In this document: positions 1 through 10,739 of the stretch, piece after piece
How positions within the stretch are numbered: the stretch's first letter is position 1
Layout: every line of letters starts with the position of its first letter
Assembly (NCBI GenBank): GCA_963663405.2
Contig: CAXXSM010000053.1
Span: forward strand, 1 to 64,000
Source: a bacterium
GTDB taxonomy: Bacteria > Hinthialibacterota > Hinthialibacteria > Hinthialibacterales > Hinthialibacteraceae
Direction of reading: 5' to 3'
DNA: 64,000 nucleotides
Made by a program: the position numbers and the translations under genes
The notes under the pieces: model-generated
The model's input: only the letters and a program-made list of their open reading frames with translations
Told to the model about the DNA's origin: nothing
The model's database searches: none

Positions 1-1
1 C

Positions 2-2908
2 AAGAGTGGCCCTCTGTTTGACACGGAAACATGGTATGGCGCAGATGTCGATTGGTATGTTGAGTATGGAAATAATTGGAACCGGAGTGGAGAAATTATC
101 GTTCCAGGCGCCAGCCGGATCAAATTGCTTTTCGATGAATTGGATCTGGAAACCGGTTTTGATTTCTTGTTAATGGATAACAATGATCGATTTAGTGGAA
201 ATTATTCTCAGGTGTGGAGTTCTGTCAAAGACGATGAATCAATCGTTTTGAATCTGGTAAGCGATCCAGCGATCAACGGGCATTTTCATATTACCGGTGT
301 CGCGTGGCAAGGCGCTTCCGCTGCGCTGACTCCAAGACGGAACGGCGCTCTATTTAATATGGCGAAACCATTGCCTGATTTGGTTATAACTGACTTTGAA
401 TTGTTCCGAAGGGGAAACGTTGGCCCTAAAGCAAGGGAATACTTATTGAACGCGAAAGTGGAAAACTTGGGGAATGCGCGATCTGATGAAACTACGATCA
501 ATATTTATCTTTCTTCGGATGATCCCTATGTTGCGCCTGGAGATTTTCTATTGGGAACCGAAACCATCCCCCCAATTTCGTCCCAATTCGGAGTCAATGT
601 TTCCGGTTTTTTCCGTGTTCCTTCTGACTTTCCAAATGGAATGATTTACGCCGGCGCGATCGCTGATCCCGCCAATACCATTCTGGAATCCAACGAGTTG
701 AATAATGATACGAATAAGTCACCAAAACAAATCGAAATCATATCCGATTCTACACTGCCACAAGAAAACTGGACGATCGGGATCGTTGATTGGGTGGTTG
801 ACTATGGGAATTTGTGGAAAAAAAGCGGCCAAATTACTGTGCCGGGAGCGGCGCGAATCAAAATTTTGTTCAGCCAGATCGACGTTGAAGAAGGATATGA
901 TTTCTTACGAACCAGTGTTGGAGATGAATGGAGCGGTTCGTATACGGACGTATGGAGTCAGGAAGTACAAGGCGATTCGCTTACATTGACTGTTGTCAGT
1001 GATCTAGCGGTGAACGGTTCATTTACCATCCATGAAATCTTGTACCAAGGCGCGCCGGATGGAACGCTCCCTTATAAAACCGGTGAGTTATTCGATCAGC
1101 CGGAAGAGTGGTTTGAAGCGGCTGTCGATTGGAACGTGACTTATGGAAATCAGTGGGAACGCACGGGGATTATTCAAGTTCCCAACGCATCAAAAATAAA
1201 AGTATTTTTTGAACAAATCAATGTTGAAGAAGGATATGATATCCTTTCCACTAACGCCGGTGATCAATGGTCTGGCATTTATGCGAATACTTGGAGTCAC
1301 GAACAAACCGGTGATTCGATTATTTTATCTTTAGTCAGCGACTTGGCGGTCAATGGAGATTTTACGATCACGAAAGTGGCATGGCAGGATTCAAGCGAGT
1401 CTCAAACACCAATCAAATCCGGGCCATTGTTTGAAGCCCAACAAATCGCATTGCCGGATTTGACCATCACTTCGTTATCGGTTCCCACTACGGCTTACGC
1501 TGGTGATTCGATTCAGATCGAAGGAGTATTGATGAATCAAGATTATGCGATGGCGGATTCATCGAAAGCCGGTGTTTACTTGTCCAATAATCCTTCGTCT
1601 ATTTTGAATGGTCAATTTCTTTCAGAGATTTCCTTGCAATCAATACCAGGTAACCAACAACAAAGTTTTTCCGCTGCGATACAAATTCCCTCAGACACAT
1701 CACCCGGGATTCGATACATCGGCGTGATTGCGGATTACGATCGGGCGATCATGGAATCAGATGAGACTAACAATATGTCCGAAAGCGCTATTCAACCGGT
1801 TACGATCTCAGGAGACATTGATCTACCGGATTTCAAGATTCTTTCTTTTCAAGCGCCGGATACAGCGGCAGCGGGTGAAAACTTACAAGTCGTCATATCG
1901 ATCTATAATCAAGGTGTAAAATATTCCAATTCTATTCGCGTTGGAGTGTATTTATCAGACGATGAACTCATCTCTGCTGAAAACGACACATTTTTAGCAA
2001 GTAAATCCACCGGCGGTTTATTTTCAAATGAACAACGCACGATAACGATTGATTGTTATCTTCCAAGAAGCGCTTCTCAACTGTCTTATATCGGCGCTAT
2101 TGTTGATTATGGAAACAACATTGATGAATCCAATGAAGGCAATAATTCGACAGGCGCGATGACAAAGCAAATTACAATACAATCCTCGCAAGATGATTGG
2201 CCCGATTTGCAAATTGATAGTTTTCGTTTGTTGACAAATAATACTTTTCCTGGTGGGGTGATCCAATTTGAAGGTGTTGTCAACAACTATGGGAATAATG
2301 ATTCAGTGGAATCGAACATTGGTGTTTATTTATCCACAGATTCTTTGATTGCAAGCCCAGGATTAATATCAATGGATGACACTCGTATTGGAGAGATCGG
2401 CACGCCGATATTGGCAAGGTATCAGGAGTATGAATTTACGGGAACCGCCGTAGTTCCTTCGAATTATTCCGCCCGTGGAGAATTATACATTGCTTTGGCA
2501 GCCGACGTTGATAATGATGTGCTTGAACGGGATGAAGAAAATAATGTAAGCCGAGTCTATTCGATTACCGTTACAGATACAACCGACTTACCCGACCTCG
2601 AAATGGATTACCTGATTATCACTCCGGATTCTTCACGTGGGGAACGATTCTTTGCCTGCACGTATGCGTTTACGAATACGGGGACGATGCCATCGGCAAG
2701 GACGGACTATGCGCTCTATGTGTCGTATGACAATATCATAACCAAAGACGATACGCTGCTTAACACGCATCCGATGTTGGAGATTCCACCAGGGGGGGGA
2801 TGGATCGCGAACGACAGATATTGTCGAGATTCCTACTGCGTATTCGCTTGCCACATCCTATATCGGTATCATGGCGGACTACTCGAACACAGTCGCGGAA
2901 TTAAATGA
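2..2908 (+). CDS. Giant secreted multidomain protein, N-terminal part (CUB-like repeats + CARDB domains); 5'-truncated by the window edge and frameshifted into 2871..6569
   Basis: Frame is open from base 2 (KSGPLFDTETWYGADVDWYVEYGNNW...). Three ~110-aa repeats (VDWxVxYGNxW...VPGAxxIKxxF...EEGYDFL...GDSxxLxxVSDxAVNG) and five CARDB-like units (LPDL...YLSxD...YIGxIAD...ESNExNN). Removing one G from G8 at 2792-2799 completes the last CARDB unit and joins the next ORF. Confidence 0.85.
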   Translation, partial: KSGPLFDTETWYGADVDWYVEYGNNWNRSGEIIVPGASRIKLLFDELDLETGFDFLLMDNNDRFSGNYSQVWSSVKDDESIVLNLVSDPAINGHFHITGVAWQGASAALTPRRNGALFNMAKPLPDLVITDFELFRRGNVGPKAREYLLNAKVENLGNARSDETTINIYLSSDDPYVAPGDFLLGTETIPPISSQFGVNVSGFFRVPSDFPNGMIYAGAIADPANTILESNELNNDTNKSPKQIEIISDSTLPQENWTIGIVDWVVDYGNLWKKSGQITVPGAARIKILFSQIDVEEGYDFLRTSVGDEWSGSYTDVWSQEVQGDSLTLTVVSDLAVNGSFTIHEILYQGAPDGTLPYKTGELFDQPEEWFEAAVDWNVTYGNQWERTGIIQVPNASKIKVFFEQINVEEGYDILSTNAGDQWSGIYANTWSHEQTGDSIILSLVSDLAVNGDFTITKVAWQDSSESQTPIKSGPLFEAQQIALPDLTITSLSVPTTAYAGDSIQIEGVLMNQDYAMADSSKAGVYLSNNPSSILNGQFLSEISLQSIPGNQQQSFSAAIQIPSDTSPGIRYIGVIADYDRAIMESDETNNMSESAIQPVTISGDIDLPDFKILSFQAPDTAAAGENLQVVISIYNQGVKYSNSIRVGVYLSDDELISAENDTFLASKSTGGLFSNEQRTITIDCYLPRSASQLSYIGAIVDYGNNIDESNEGNNSTGAMTKQITIQSSQDDWPDLQIDSFRLLTNNTFPGGVIQFEGVVNNYGNNDSVESNIGVYLSTDSLIASPGLISMDDTRIGEIGTPILARYQEYEFTGTAVVPSNYSARGELYIALAADVDNDVLERDEENNVSRVYSITVTDTTDLPDLEMDYLIITPDSSRGERFFACTYAFTNTGTMPSARTDYALYVSYDNIITKDDTLLNTHPMLEIPPGGGWIANDRYCRDSYCVFACHILYRYHGGLLEHSRGIK

Positions 2909-5900
2909 AACAAATAATACGATCGCAGAACCTATTCAGCAAGGATCAAGCAATCAGTCAACACTGCTGTCCGATTTCAATCCTGGTGAATTCGGCCCTC
3001 ATTCTTCAAAACTACAATCCATTCAACCTGCATCAGTCAACATCATGGCTGCGCCGGTATTGTCGATTCTTCCTGCTTGGGCTGAACACAAGGTAGGGGA
3101 TTCGATTCCGTTCACAGTTTACCTTGACACAGCGGGGCAAATGGTTCGAGGGATGCAATTGGCGATTGATTATGATCCTGCCGTTCTCCAATTACTGAAC
3201 AATCAGATCGCTGTTCCTAATAATTCGGATAGTCCATTTGATATCCTCTCTTTAACCGTTGAACAAGCAGGGCGTATCAACATCATATTATCATCGCCAA
3301 ATCATGAATCATCACAATACATAGGAAATATTATTAAATTTACATTAAAGGCAGTGGCGTCATGCAGCGCTTCGCCGGTATCACTTAATCCTGAAGATAC
3401 AGAACTATCTCCCCAGTTAGCATCGATAACTTTCAATCATGCGACGCTTGCCATATCAGATACTTCTTCTAAACAAGCGTCCATTCAATTGATTCCCGAA
3501 TCGGCAGTTGTCAACAGCGGCGGCGATTTACCTATCTCGGTTCAACTTGATACAGGCAATCAACCGATTCGAGGGGCGCGAATTGTTCTCGAATGGAATC
3601 CATATGAATTTACATTCGTCAATGGAGAACATGGCGCCGTTCAATCAAGTAACTCTCCATTTGCTATTCAGGAACAGTTAGTACAGGATGGGAGATTAGA
3701 ACTTACGATTTTAGAACCGAGTTTGCAAGAGATCATTTATTCAGGACCTATTCTTGACTTTACTCTTCAATCGTTAACTGAATCTGCACAAGCGGAAATA
3801 CGGTTTAATTCTAATGAGACGATTTTGTCTCCAATGACGGAAAGCCTTGCTTTTCATAACGCACAATGTGAAATCAAAGGAGGATCAATAGGTCGTAAAG
3901 CGAATCTTTCCATCTATCCAGCCAGTATGTCTATGCTCTCGTATACTCCGGTATCATTTACATTAGATCTCGACACAGAAGGCCATCTTTGCAAGGCGGG
4001 TTTGATCGTTTTGGAATATGATCCAGCTGTTTTTTCATTCGATCTCGACGCGAATTCCATTATTGCCACGCCTTCTTCTCCCTTTGTATTGGATTCGATC
4101 GAGGCGCCACAGCCTGGCCAATTGAAAATTACGATTCTCGAACGAAACAATGAAGAGACCGCTTATACTGGGCCGATATTGGATCTGACTTTAAATGTAT
4201 TACAACCAGCACAATCTACAGAAATTCATATCAACAATAGTCAATGCAGTTTTTCTCCTACATTCGATGAAATTGTAACATCCGACGCTATCATTGATAT
4301 ACTGACTGGGAAACAAGAGGACTGGCGAATCGTATCCGATAGCAGCTGGAAATGCTGGGATGAAGATGTGAACAACTGGGAGGAAATCGATTTTGATGAT
4401 TCGTCTTGGCGAACTGTTGATTCTCCTCACGAATATTCTATGTCTCCACAGTCCATACAATGGATGAAATCAACAACTGCAAAGTGGATCTGGGATTCCC
4501 ATAGCGAACAAGATGGAAGTGATGAGACGATCTACTTCCGAAAAACATTTGAACTGACGACAACGCCTGTGCAAGCGGTTCTTGCAATCACAGCGGACGA
4601 TCGATACGACGTTTACATCAATGGAGAGCGTGTCGAACGCGATGAGAGTGATTCTGAAGATGCGGAATTATACAGCGCCGCCAGGTATCTTAGGAAAGGT
4701 GAAAATGTCATAGCCGTCGAAGTCCGGGATTATGGGGAGCAAGAAGGTTTATTAGCCGATCTTCGCATTGCGTTTGATCCTATCGGTAATCCTGTTAAAC
4801 GATATCAATCCGCTGAATCATTTCTTCGTTTATTGACTAATTCAAGCGTATTGGATTTTAATGAACTGACATCGGATACGGAATTGGAACAATACGAATA
4901 TTCAGGCGCCGTAATTCGCGCGCTGAATGAAATCTATGGGGGAACAGTTGAAGACGATTATCCAAGCAATACTCTCTTTCCCAATACAGACGATGGGGAT
5001 ATTTTTATCACTTTTCAAATTCCAGTCTATGGAGCGGGATTGGCTATTGTCGATCGTGATGATGAAGTGGAGTATGGAGCGATCCTCTTTTTCGATAAAA
5101 ATGACGAAGTGATCGGGATGACGGATATGCCACGAACAGGTAATGCGGAAAGTGTGTTTATCGGTCTATTATCCAATCAACCCATTGCAAAGATCTTTGT
5201 GCAAGAAAATGCAGATAGTGACGAAGTTTCCTATGACAATTTGATATTTGGTATTCCGAATGAGATATCCGATCGACCGGAAACATCGCTTCCTACCGGA
5301 TTGTGGGAATTTAACGATCCCAACGCTCTGATGCGCGCGACAATTGGCCAGGATCTATTGTTAATCGGAGATCATCAAGTAGTCAGTGGGATTAACGAAG
5401 CGGATTTAGCGGCGCGAATTGGCTATGACAGTCACTATCTTTGTTTTCATGGAATGGAGCCGAATGGAGGAAGTGAAGATAAAGTGAACCAATATACCTT
5501 CCTATTTGACTTTAAAGTGGATGATTTGGATGACTGGCATTGTTTCTATCAAGCCAATGGCAGAAATGACAATGATGGGGAAGTGTTTATCGATCGAGAA
5601 GGAGAAATCGGTGAAGGATCTACCGGTTATTCAGATCCCCTTGTGGAAGTGGACACATGGTACCGGTTTGGTGTAGTTGTCGATCTGCTGGCGGAAAGCG
5701 TTGAATATTATTTAGATGGCAGAATCATTCATCGAGGGAGTGAAAGTTATGATGGCCGGTTTGCGCCTTGGGCTGTTTTCAGGAATTATTATTGGTTCTT
5801 GTTATTTGGGGATAATAATGGAGAAGATTCACCAATTCATATATCAAATATTGCGCTTTTTGATTCTCCATTGACCTCCAGTGAAATCACCGTGTTGGGG

Positions 5901-6569
5901 AAAGCCGGCGATCCTGTTCCTGGAAGCGATTCTGTTTCTCCAACACCCACATCTACACCAACACCTACAGTGACGAATATTCCTATACCAACGCAGACTC
6001 CCTTGCCAACATATCCACCAAACGAATCAGCAACGCCAGATGTGATTTATGAGTTCGATCAACAAACAATAAAACAAAATGGATGGTTGGAGATTCCTGG
6101 AGGATTTGGTTCTACCGAGCCTGGAACTTTAATGACGGATATTTCTTTTTCAGATGATCTAATTCCTTCTTCGAACGATCAAAAGGGATTGTCAATTATT
6201 GTCAATGATAATGAAGTGACATTCATCCTTTCTGAAAAAGCGATTGACACGAAAGGCTATCCCGTTTTGTTACGGATTGTTCTTCGCAGCGATTATCCGA
6301 ATGCGCAGATATCAGTTGGCGCATTAAAAGGGGATTTACTTCAGGATATCAATGTCGATGGATCGATTAATGTTACTACCGTCATGACAGCGGAGAGTTT
6401 TATATACCAAGAAGGATATATATTGGCGCTGTACCAACCGGATTATGGTAAAATCGTCAATCCCTTTATTCAAGTAGCGGGAACAACAGGAAACCCAGTC
6501 ACAATTTGGATTGATCGAATGAAGATTTTTATCCTTTCTCCAGGCTCCCCATTTCCAACGTCGCAATAG
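2871..6569 (+). CDS. Giant secreted protein, C-terminal part: three cohesin-like domains, galactose-binding-like jelly roll, LamG-like domain, Pro/Thr linker, unassigned C-terminal domain
   Basis: Three repeats of the type (V/L)xLDTxG...YDPAV(L/F); YFRKTF...AITADDRYDVYING...LRKGENVIAVEV; LamG-like WYRFGVVVD...YYLDG; PTPTSTPTPT linker. Confidence 0.8.
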   Translation: MADYSNTVAELNETNNTIAEPIQQGSSNQSTLLSDFNPGEFGPHSSKLQSIQPASVNIMAAPVLSILPAWAEHKVGDSIPFTVYLDTAGQMVRGMQLAIDYDPAVLQLLNNQIAVPNNSDSPFDILSLTVEQAGRINIILSSPNHESSQYIGNIIKFTLKAVASCSASPVSLNPEDTELSPQLASITFNHATLAISDTSSKQASIQLIPESAVVNSGGDLPISVQLDTGNQPIRGARIVLEWNPYEFTFVNGEHGAVQSSNSPFAIQEQLVQDGRLELTILEPSLQEIIYSGPILDFTLQSLTESAQAEIRFNSNETILSPMTESLAFHNAQCEIKGGSIGRKANLSIYPASMSMLSYTPVSFTLDLDTEGHLCKAGLIVLEYDPAVFSFDLDANSIIATPSSPFVLDSIEAPQPGQLKITILERNNEETAYTGPILDLTLNVLQPAQSTEIHINNSQCSFSPTFDEIVTSDAIIDILTGKQEDWRIVSDSSWKCWDEDVNNWEEIDFDDSSWRTVDSPHEYSMSPQSIQWMKSTTAKWIWDSHSEQDGSDETIYFRKTFELTTTPVQAVLAITADDRYDVYINGERVERDESDSEDAELYSAARYLRKGENVIAVEVRDYGEQEGLLADLRIAFDPIGNPVKRYQSAESFLRLLTNSSVLDFNELTSDTELEQYEYSGAVIRALNEIYGGTVEDDYPSNTLFPNTDDGDIFITFQIPVYGAGLAIVDRDDEVEYGAILFFDKNDEVIGMTDMPRTGNAESVFIGLLSNQPIAKIFVQENADSDEVSYDNLIFGIPNEISDRPETSLPTGLWEFNDPNALMRATIGQDLLLIGDHQVVSGINEADLAARIGYDSHYLCFHGMEPNGGSEDKVNQYTFLFDFKVDDLDDWHCFYQANGRNDNDGEVFIDREGEIGEGSTGYSDPLVEVDTWYRFGVVVDLLAESVEYYLDGRIIHRGSESYDGRFAPWAVFRNYYWFLLFGDNNGEDSPIHISNIALFDSPLTSSEITVLGKAGDPVPGSDSVSPTPTSTPTPTVTNIPIPTQTPLPTYPPNESATPDVIYEFDQQTIKQNGWLEIPGGFGSTEPGTLMTDISFSDDLIPSSNDQKGLSIIVNDNEVTFILSEKAIDTKGYPVLLRIVLRSDYPNAQISVGALKGDLLQDINVDGSINVTTVMTAESFIYQEGYILALYQPDYGKIVNPFIQVAGTTGNPVTIWIDRMKIFILSPGSPFPTSQ

Positions 6570-6698
6570 ACTGTATAGAAAATACAGATTGCGAATTAAT
6601 CATTTAAGTGTGGAATCAATCAATTACTTGATAAGGAGTGAATATTTGAATAATCATGATCGCTAAAAAAAATCAGTATTCAATTAACTTTCATAATC

Positions 6699-9014
6699 GT
6701 GTTTCTTATATTTATTTGCGCTGTATACGTCAATGGTGAGGATTCCTCTGACGCGATGCGTCTATGGTATGATGAACCGGCTTCGCAATGGACGGAGGCT
6801 CTTCCCGTAGGAAACGGCAGTCTGGGCGGAATGGTATTCGGTGGTGTATCAAAAGAACACATTCAATTTAATGAAGACACGGTGTGGACGGGAATTCCGC
6901 GAGATTATTCTCATCCGGACGCCTATCAATTTTTACCGCAGATTCGTCAACTGTTGTTTGAGGGGAAGCAGCGTGAAGCCGAAGATTTAGCCATGCGGAA
7001 ATTTATGAGCATTCCTCTCCGGCAGGAACGTTATCAGCCTTTTGGCGATCTTTGGATCGATTTTGAGGGAGCGGATCAATGTAGTGATTATGTTCGTGAT
7101 CTGAATCTCGATACAGCGGTCGCATCGGTTCAATATAAAAAAGATGGCGTGATATATAGGCGGTCTGTTTTTTCGAGTTTTCCGGATCGTGTATTGGTTG
7201 TACGTTTGGATTGCGATAGCCCAGAGGGTATGAAATGTACAATCTCGATAACGACTCCGCATCCGGAATCGAAAGTGTGCGCGCAGGATAAAACTCTTGT
7301 TTTGAGTGGCCGGGTTAGTGGATATACACTAGGCCGTACGAATACTTATCATCCAAGTATATTGAAATTTGAATCCCGGTTGAAAGTAAATGAATGTGAT
7401 GGAACGATTGAATTGGATGACAATCGGTTGTCAATTACAAAAGCCCATACAGTCACGTTGATATTAACTGGAGCGACCAGTTATAAGGATTTCGATGATG
7501 TCAGTGGCGATCCGTCTGGAATATGTGAAGAAATACTCTCTGCAGTTCCAGATCGATATGAAGTTTTATTAAAGAGACATATAGAAGATCATCAACATTT
7601 GTTCCGCCGTGTATCTATTGATTTGGGAATTACGGAGCAGGCGAAAAAAACAACAGATCGCCGAATATTAGATTTTTCGCATGGGGGCGATCCTCAATTG
7701 GCCGCATTGCTATTTCAATATGGCCGCTATCTGATGATCGCCAGCAGCCGTCCTGGTTCTCAACCGGCGAACCTGCAAGGGATTTGGAATGACCAGATGG
7801 CTCCTCCCTGGGATAGTAAGTATACGACGAATATTAACGCTGAAATGAATTATTGGCCGGCGGAATTGTGTAATCTTTCTGAGTGTCACGAACCATTTTT
7901 CAAGATGATCGAAGGCTGCTCGGTGACGGGGCGGAAAGTGGCCAAACTGCATTACGACGCCCGTGGTTGGGTTACGCATCATAATACAGATATATGGCGG
8001 GGCGCCGCTCCTATCAATCATGCCAATCATGGCATTTGGTTAACCGGTGGGGCGTGGATGTGCCAGCATTTATGGATGCATTATGAATTTTCTCAGGATT
8101 TCGATTTTCTGCGTGAACGCGCGTATCCCATCATGAAAGACGCGGCGTTGTTTTTTATGGATTATCTGATTGAAGATCCACGAAGCGCTGAAAAATGGTT
8201 GATTTCGGGTCCGTCTAATTCACCCGAAAATGGTGGATTGGTAATGGGACCTGCAATGGATCATCAAATCATCCGGAACCTGTTTTCGAATTGTATTAAC
8301 GCTTCGGAGATTCTAGACACAGATCTTGAATTCCGCAACCAGCTGAAAACGATGCGGGAACGGATCGCGCCGAATCAGATTGGTCAATATGGTCAATTGC
8401 AGGAATGGTTGGAGGATAAAGACGATCCGAATAACAAACACCGTCATGTTTCTCATTTGTGGGGGCTGCATCCAGGCGTAGAAATCACCAAAGAAGACAC
8501 ACCAGACTTATTCGACGCCGCGCGTAAGTCTCTTGCAATGCGCGGGGATGGAGGAACCGGATGGTCGATGGGTTGGAAAGTCAACTTTTGGGCGAGGTTG
8601 AAGGATGGGAATCACGCGTTCAAGATGATAAATAACTTAATCCGGCTGACCGGATCTTCGTTGACAGACTATAACGGCGGCGGACTTTATCCAAACCTTT
8701 TTGACGCGCATCCCCCTTTCCAGATTGATGGCAATTTTGGGGTGACCTCAGGGATCGCTGAAATGCTGCTGCAATCACACCGGCGGAATAAAAATGGTCA
8801 GTATATTGTAGAGTTGCTTCCCGCCTTGCCAGACGCCTGGCCGGATGGAAGCGTGAATGGGCTCCGGGCGCGTGGTGGTTTTGAATTATCGATGACATGG
8901 AAATCCGGGCGGCTTGTCAATGCAGTAATCCTATCGCTCAACAGTTCCACTTGCGAACTGGTTTATGATGGGGACAGTATAGTATTTCAAACGGAGAGTG
9001 GGGCGGTCGTATGA
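6699..9014 (+). CDS. GH95 alpha-L-fucosidase
   Basis: [82 protein letters not shown]...IAEMLLQSH. True start may be ATG 6656 if the A8 run at 6665-6672 is overcalled. Confidence 0.93.
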   Translation: MFLIFICAVYVNGEDSSDAMRLWYDEPASQWTEALPVGNGSLGGMVFGGVSKEHIQFNEDTVWTGIPRDYSHPDAYQFLPQIRQLLFEGKQREAEDLAMRKFMSIPLRQERYQPFGDLWIDFEGADQCSDYVRDLNLDTAVASVQYKKDGVIYRRSVFSSFPDRVLVVRLDCDSPEGMKCTISITTPHPESKVCAQDKTLVLSGRVSGYTLGRTNTYHPSILKFESRLKVNECDGTIELDDNRLSITKAHTVTLILTGATSYKDFDDVSGDPSGICEEILSAVPDRYEVLLKRHIEDHQHLFRRVSIDLGITEQAKKTTDRRILDFSHGGDPQLAALLFQYGRYLMIASSRPGSQPANLQGIWNDQMAPPWDSKYTTNINAEMNYWPAELCNLSECHEPFFKMIEGCSVTGRKVAKLHYDARGWVTHHNTDIWRGAAPINHANHGIWLTGGAWMCQHLWMHYEFSQDFDFLRERAYPIMKDAALFFMDYLIEDPRSAEKWLISGPSNSPENGGLVMGPAMDHQIIRNLFSNCINASEILDTDLEFRNQLKTMRERIAPNQIGQYGQLQEWLEDKDDPNNKHRHVSHLWGLHPGVEITKEDTPDLFDAARKSLAMRGDGGTGWSMGWKVNFWARLKDGNHAFKMINNLIRLTGSSLTDYNGGGLYPNLFDAHPPFQIDGNFGVTSGIAEMLLQSHRRNKNGQYIVELLPALPDAWPDGSVNGLRARGGFELSMTWKSGRLVNAVILSLNSSTCELVYDGDSIVFQTESGAVV

Positions 9015-9064
9015 ATATAAGCCAAAATAGGCTGTATGGATAGTTTTTTTATTAAAACTGGTTC

Positions 9065-9272
9065 ATCCGGTAAGTGAGTACGCAATGTAAATAATTATTC
9101 TCTTTTCATGGAAGATTGTGTATCCATGTTTACCCAGACTTAAAAGTCTGGGCTACTATAATATGTCCCTCCGGGACAAAAGAAAATAGCCCAGGATTTT
9201 AATCCTGGGGATAGAGGAATATGCTTTCTCATTAGAAATAGCATTTACTATATTAGTATTCACTTACCGGAT
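9065..9272. mobile_element. MITE-like element with 17-bp terminal inverted repeats and internal REP-like palindromes
   Basis: ATCCGGTAAGTGAGTAC (9065-9081) vs GTATTCACTTACCGGAT (9256-9272), one mismatch. Internal hairpins at 9133-9152, 9164-9178 and 9190-9209. Lies between convergent genes. Confidence 0.65.
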
Positions 9273-9314
9273 AAGCCTTAAAACTTACATTTAACCATCA
9301 AAAGAGACGTTAGA

Positions 9315-10639
9315 CTATTCACTTGTTGGCTCTCCAGCAGATGGATCTGCCCGCATTACATTTGTACACAGCACGTTTTTGACAAACTGACGGCCTGAGG
9401 CGTATGTGATGGGATCTCCATCCGGGGCGGACCGGATGACGTTGGAAATGCAGGAATTTGTCAAAGAGCCTGCGATTAAAATCGTGTGTGTTGATGTTCC
9501 TGATATATTGTTGAGAAAGAGACGATTGGTATCACCCAGTGGGGTAACACCACCCCATGCGGGATTGGCGTCTCCAATTTTCAACGTCGCTTTGCAGGGG
9601 CGATCTGGTGGAGAGGTGTCGATCAACCCGTCTAAAAACTATATTGTATAGCCGCAATCCACCCGCGTTCAGAAAACGCACAACATGGTGACGTCCTTGC
9701 GAATGACCAGTGATTTGTTTGATGAAAATATTTCGGATATCATCAAGTCCATTTGCACGGCGGTTGGCGGCGCTGACCATTGTTGAAGTGCCACTGCCAG
9801 CGGTTCGCTTTGACAGATTGATGTTGGTCAGCGCGATCATGTCGTCTCCGGTATGCCCAGAGATTCTTTCGATGTGGATATCATGGCATCCTTGACGAAG
9901 ATCCAATCCATCCTGATTAAGAATGGTTTCCTGTACGCCATCGATCATCTTATATCCGTTTGATGTGAAATGTATATCCTCGACACGTCCAAACGCGCAT
10001 CGTTCGAGGGAGATAGCCCAGCAGTGTGAGTCTTTGATCTGTAAATTTTTGACGCTGAAGTGGTTGACATAAGCGAGAAGAATACCGATGTTGCGCCAAT
10101 CCCCTGTTTGGCTCTCTCCTTCGATCCCGGCGTCTGTTCCGTATGTCCGTTTGCCCAACGTTTTCGCGCTGTCACCCGTCGCGCGAGGCTTGTCCGCTCC
10201 TTCTAATAATGCGTTTCCAACGCCCATAAATATGTATATTTTTAATTGGTTGAATATCTGTGATATCAAGTCCACAGTTGGCGCTTCGGATCATGTTGTC
10301 GCGGCATCGATTGGATAGTTTGATATGGCAGTTATTGAGTTCGAGGATTGTGTTTTCTCGCACGAGAATCGCTGAATCGAGCAGCCATATATTATCATTC
10401 GATCCCTCTTTTCTATTGCGCTGGGGAATCACGACACGAAGGCCTTTTTGGGATGCGGCTTGAATGGCTTGATTGATTCGCTCTACGTCGGTTCCCTGGA
10501 AAGAATTTGGTGTTATCGATAATGGTTCTGTGATTGCGTTAGTTTCGCGCAGATCATTAGTCACTTCGGCTGACCAGGATGAAGCGATGAAAAGCAGAAT
10601 TGTTATAAGCAATAAAAACACTTTTGGGATGGAAGACAT
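9315..10639 (-). pseudogene. Secreted pectin-lyase-fold (GH28-like) beta-helix protein split by two +1 frameshifts (probably sequencing artefacts)
   Basis: Signal peptide; DVERINQAI, NQDGLDLRQGCHDIHI...TGDDMIA. Removing one base at 10223-10225 and one at 9634-9638 joins ORFs 10172..10639, 9532..10275 and 9315..9626. Confidence 0.75.
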
Positions 10640-10739
10640 AATAATTTTCCTTTGATAGTTTCAGGTCAACTTGAGGGGTCGAACGCCTTTTTTATTCTCT
10701 TCGTGATCTTTATTTCTGCGTTGAAAAGATTTGAAATTA

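Noticed and set aside
5935-6040. ACACC-rich periodic sequence
   Set aside because: It simply encodes the Pro/Thr linker of the giant protein.
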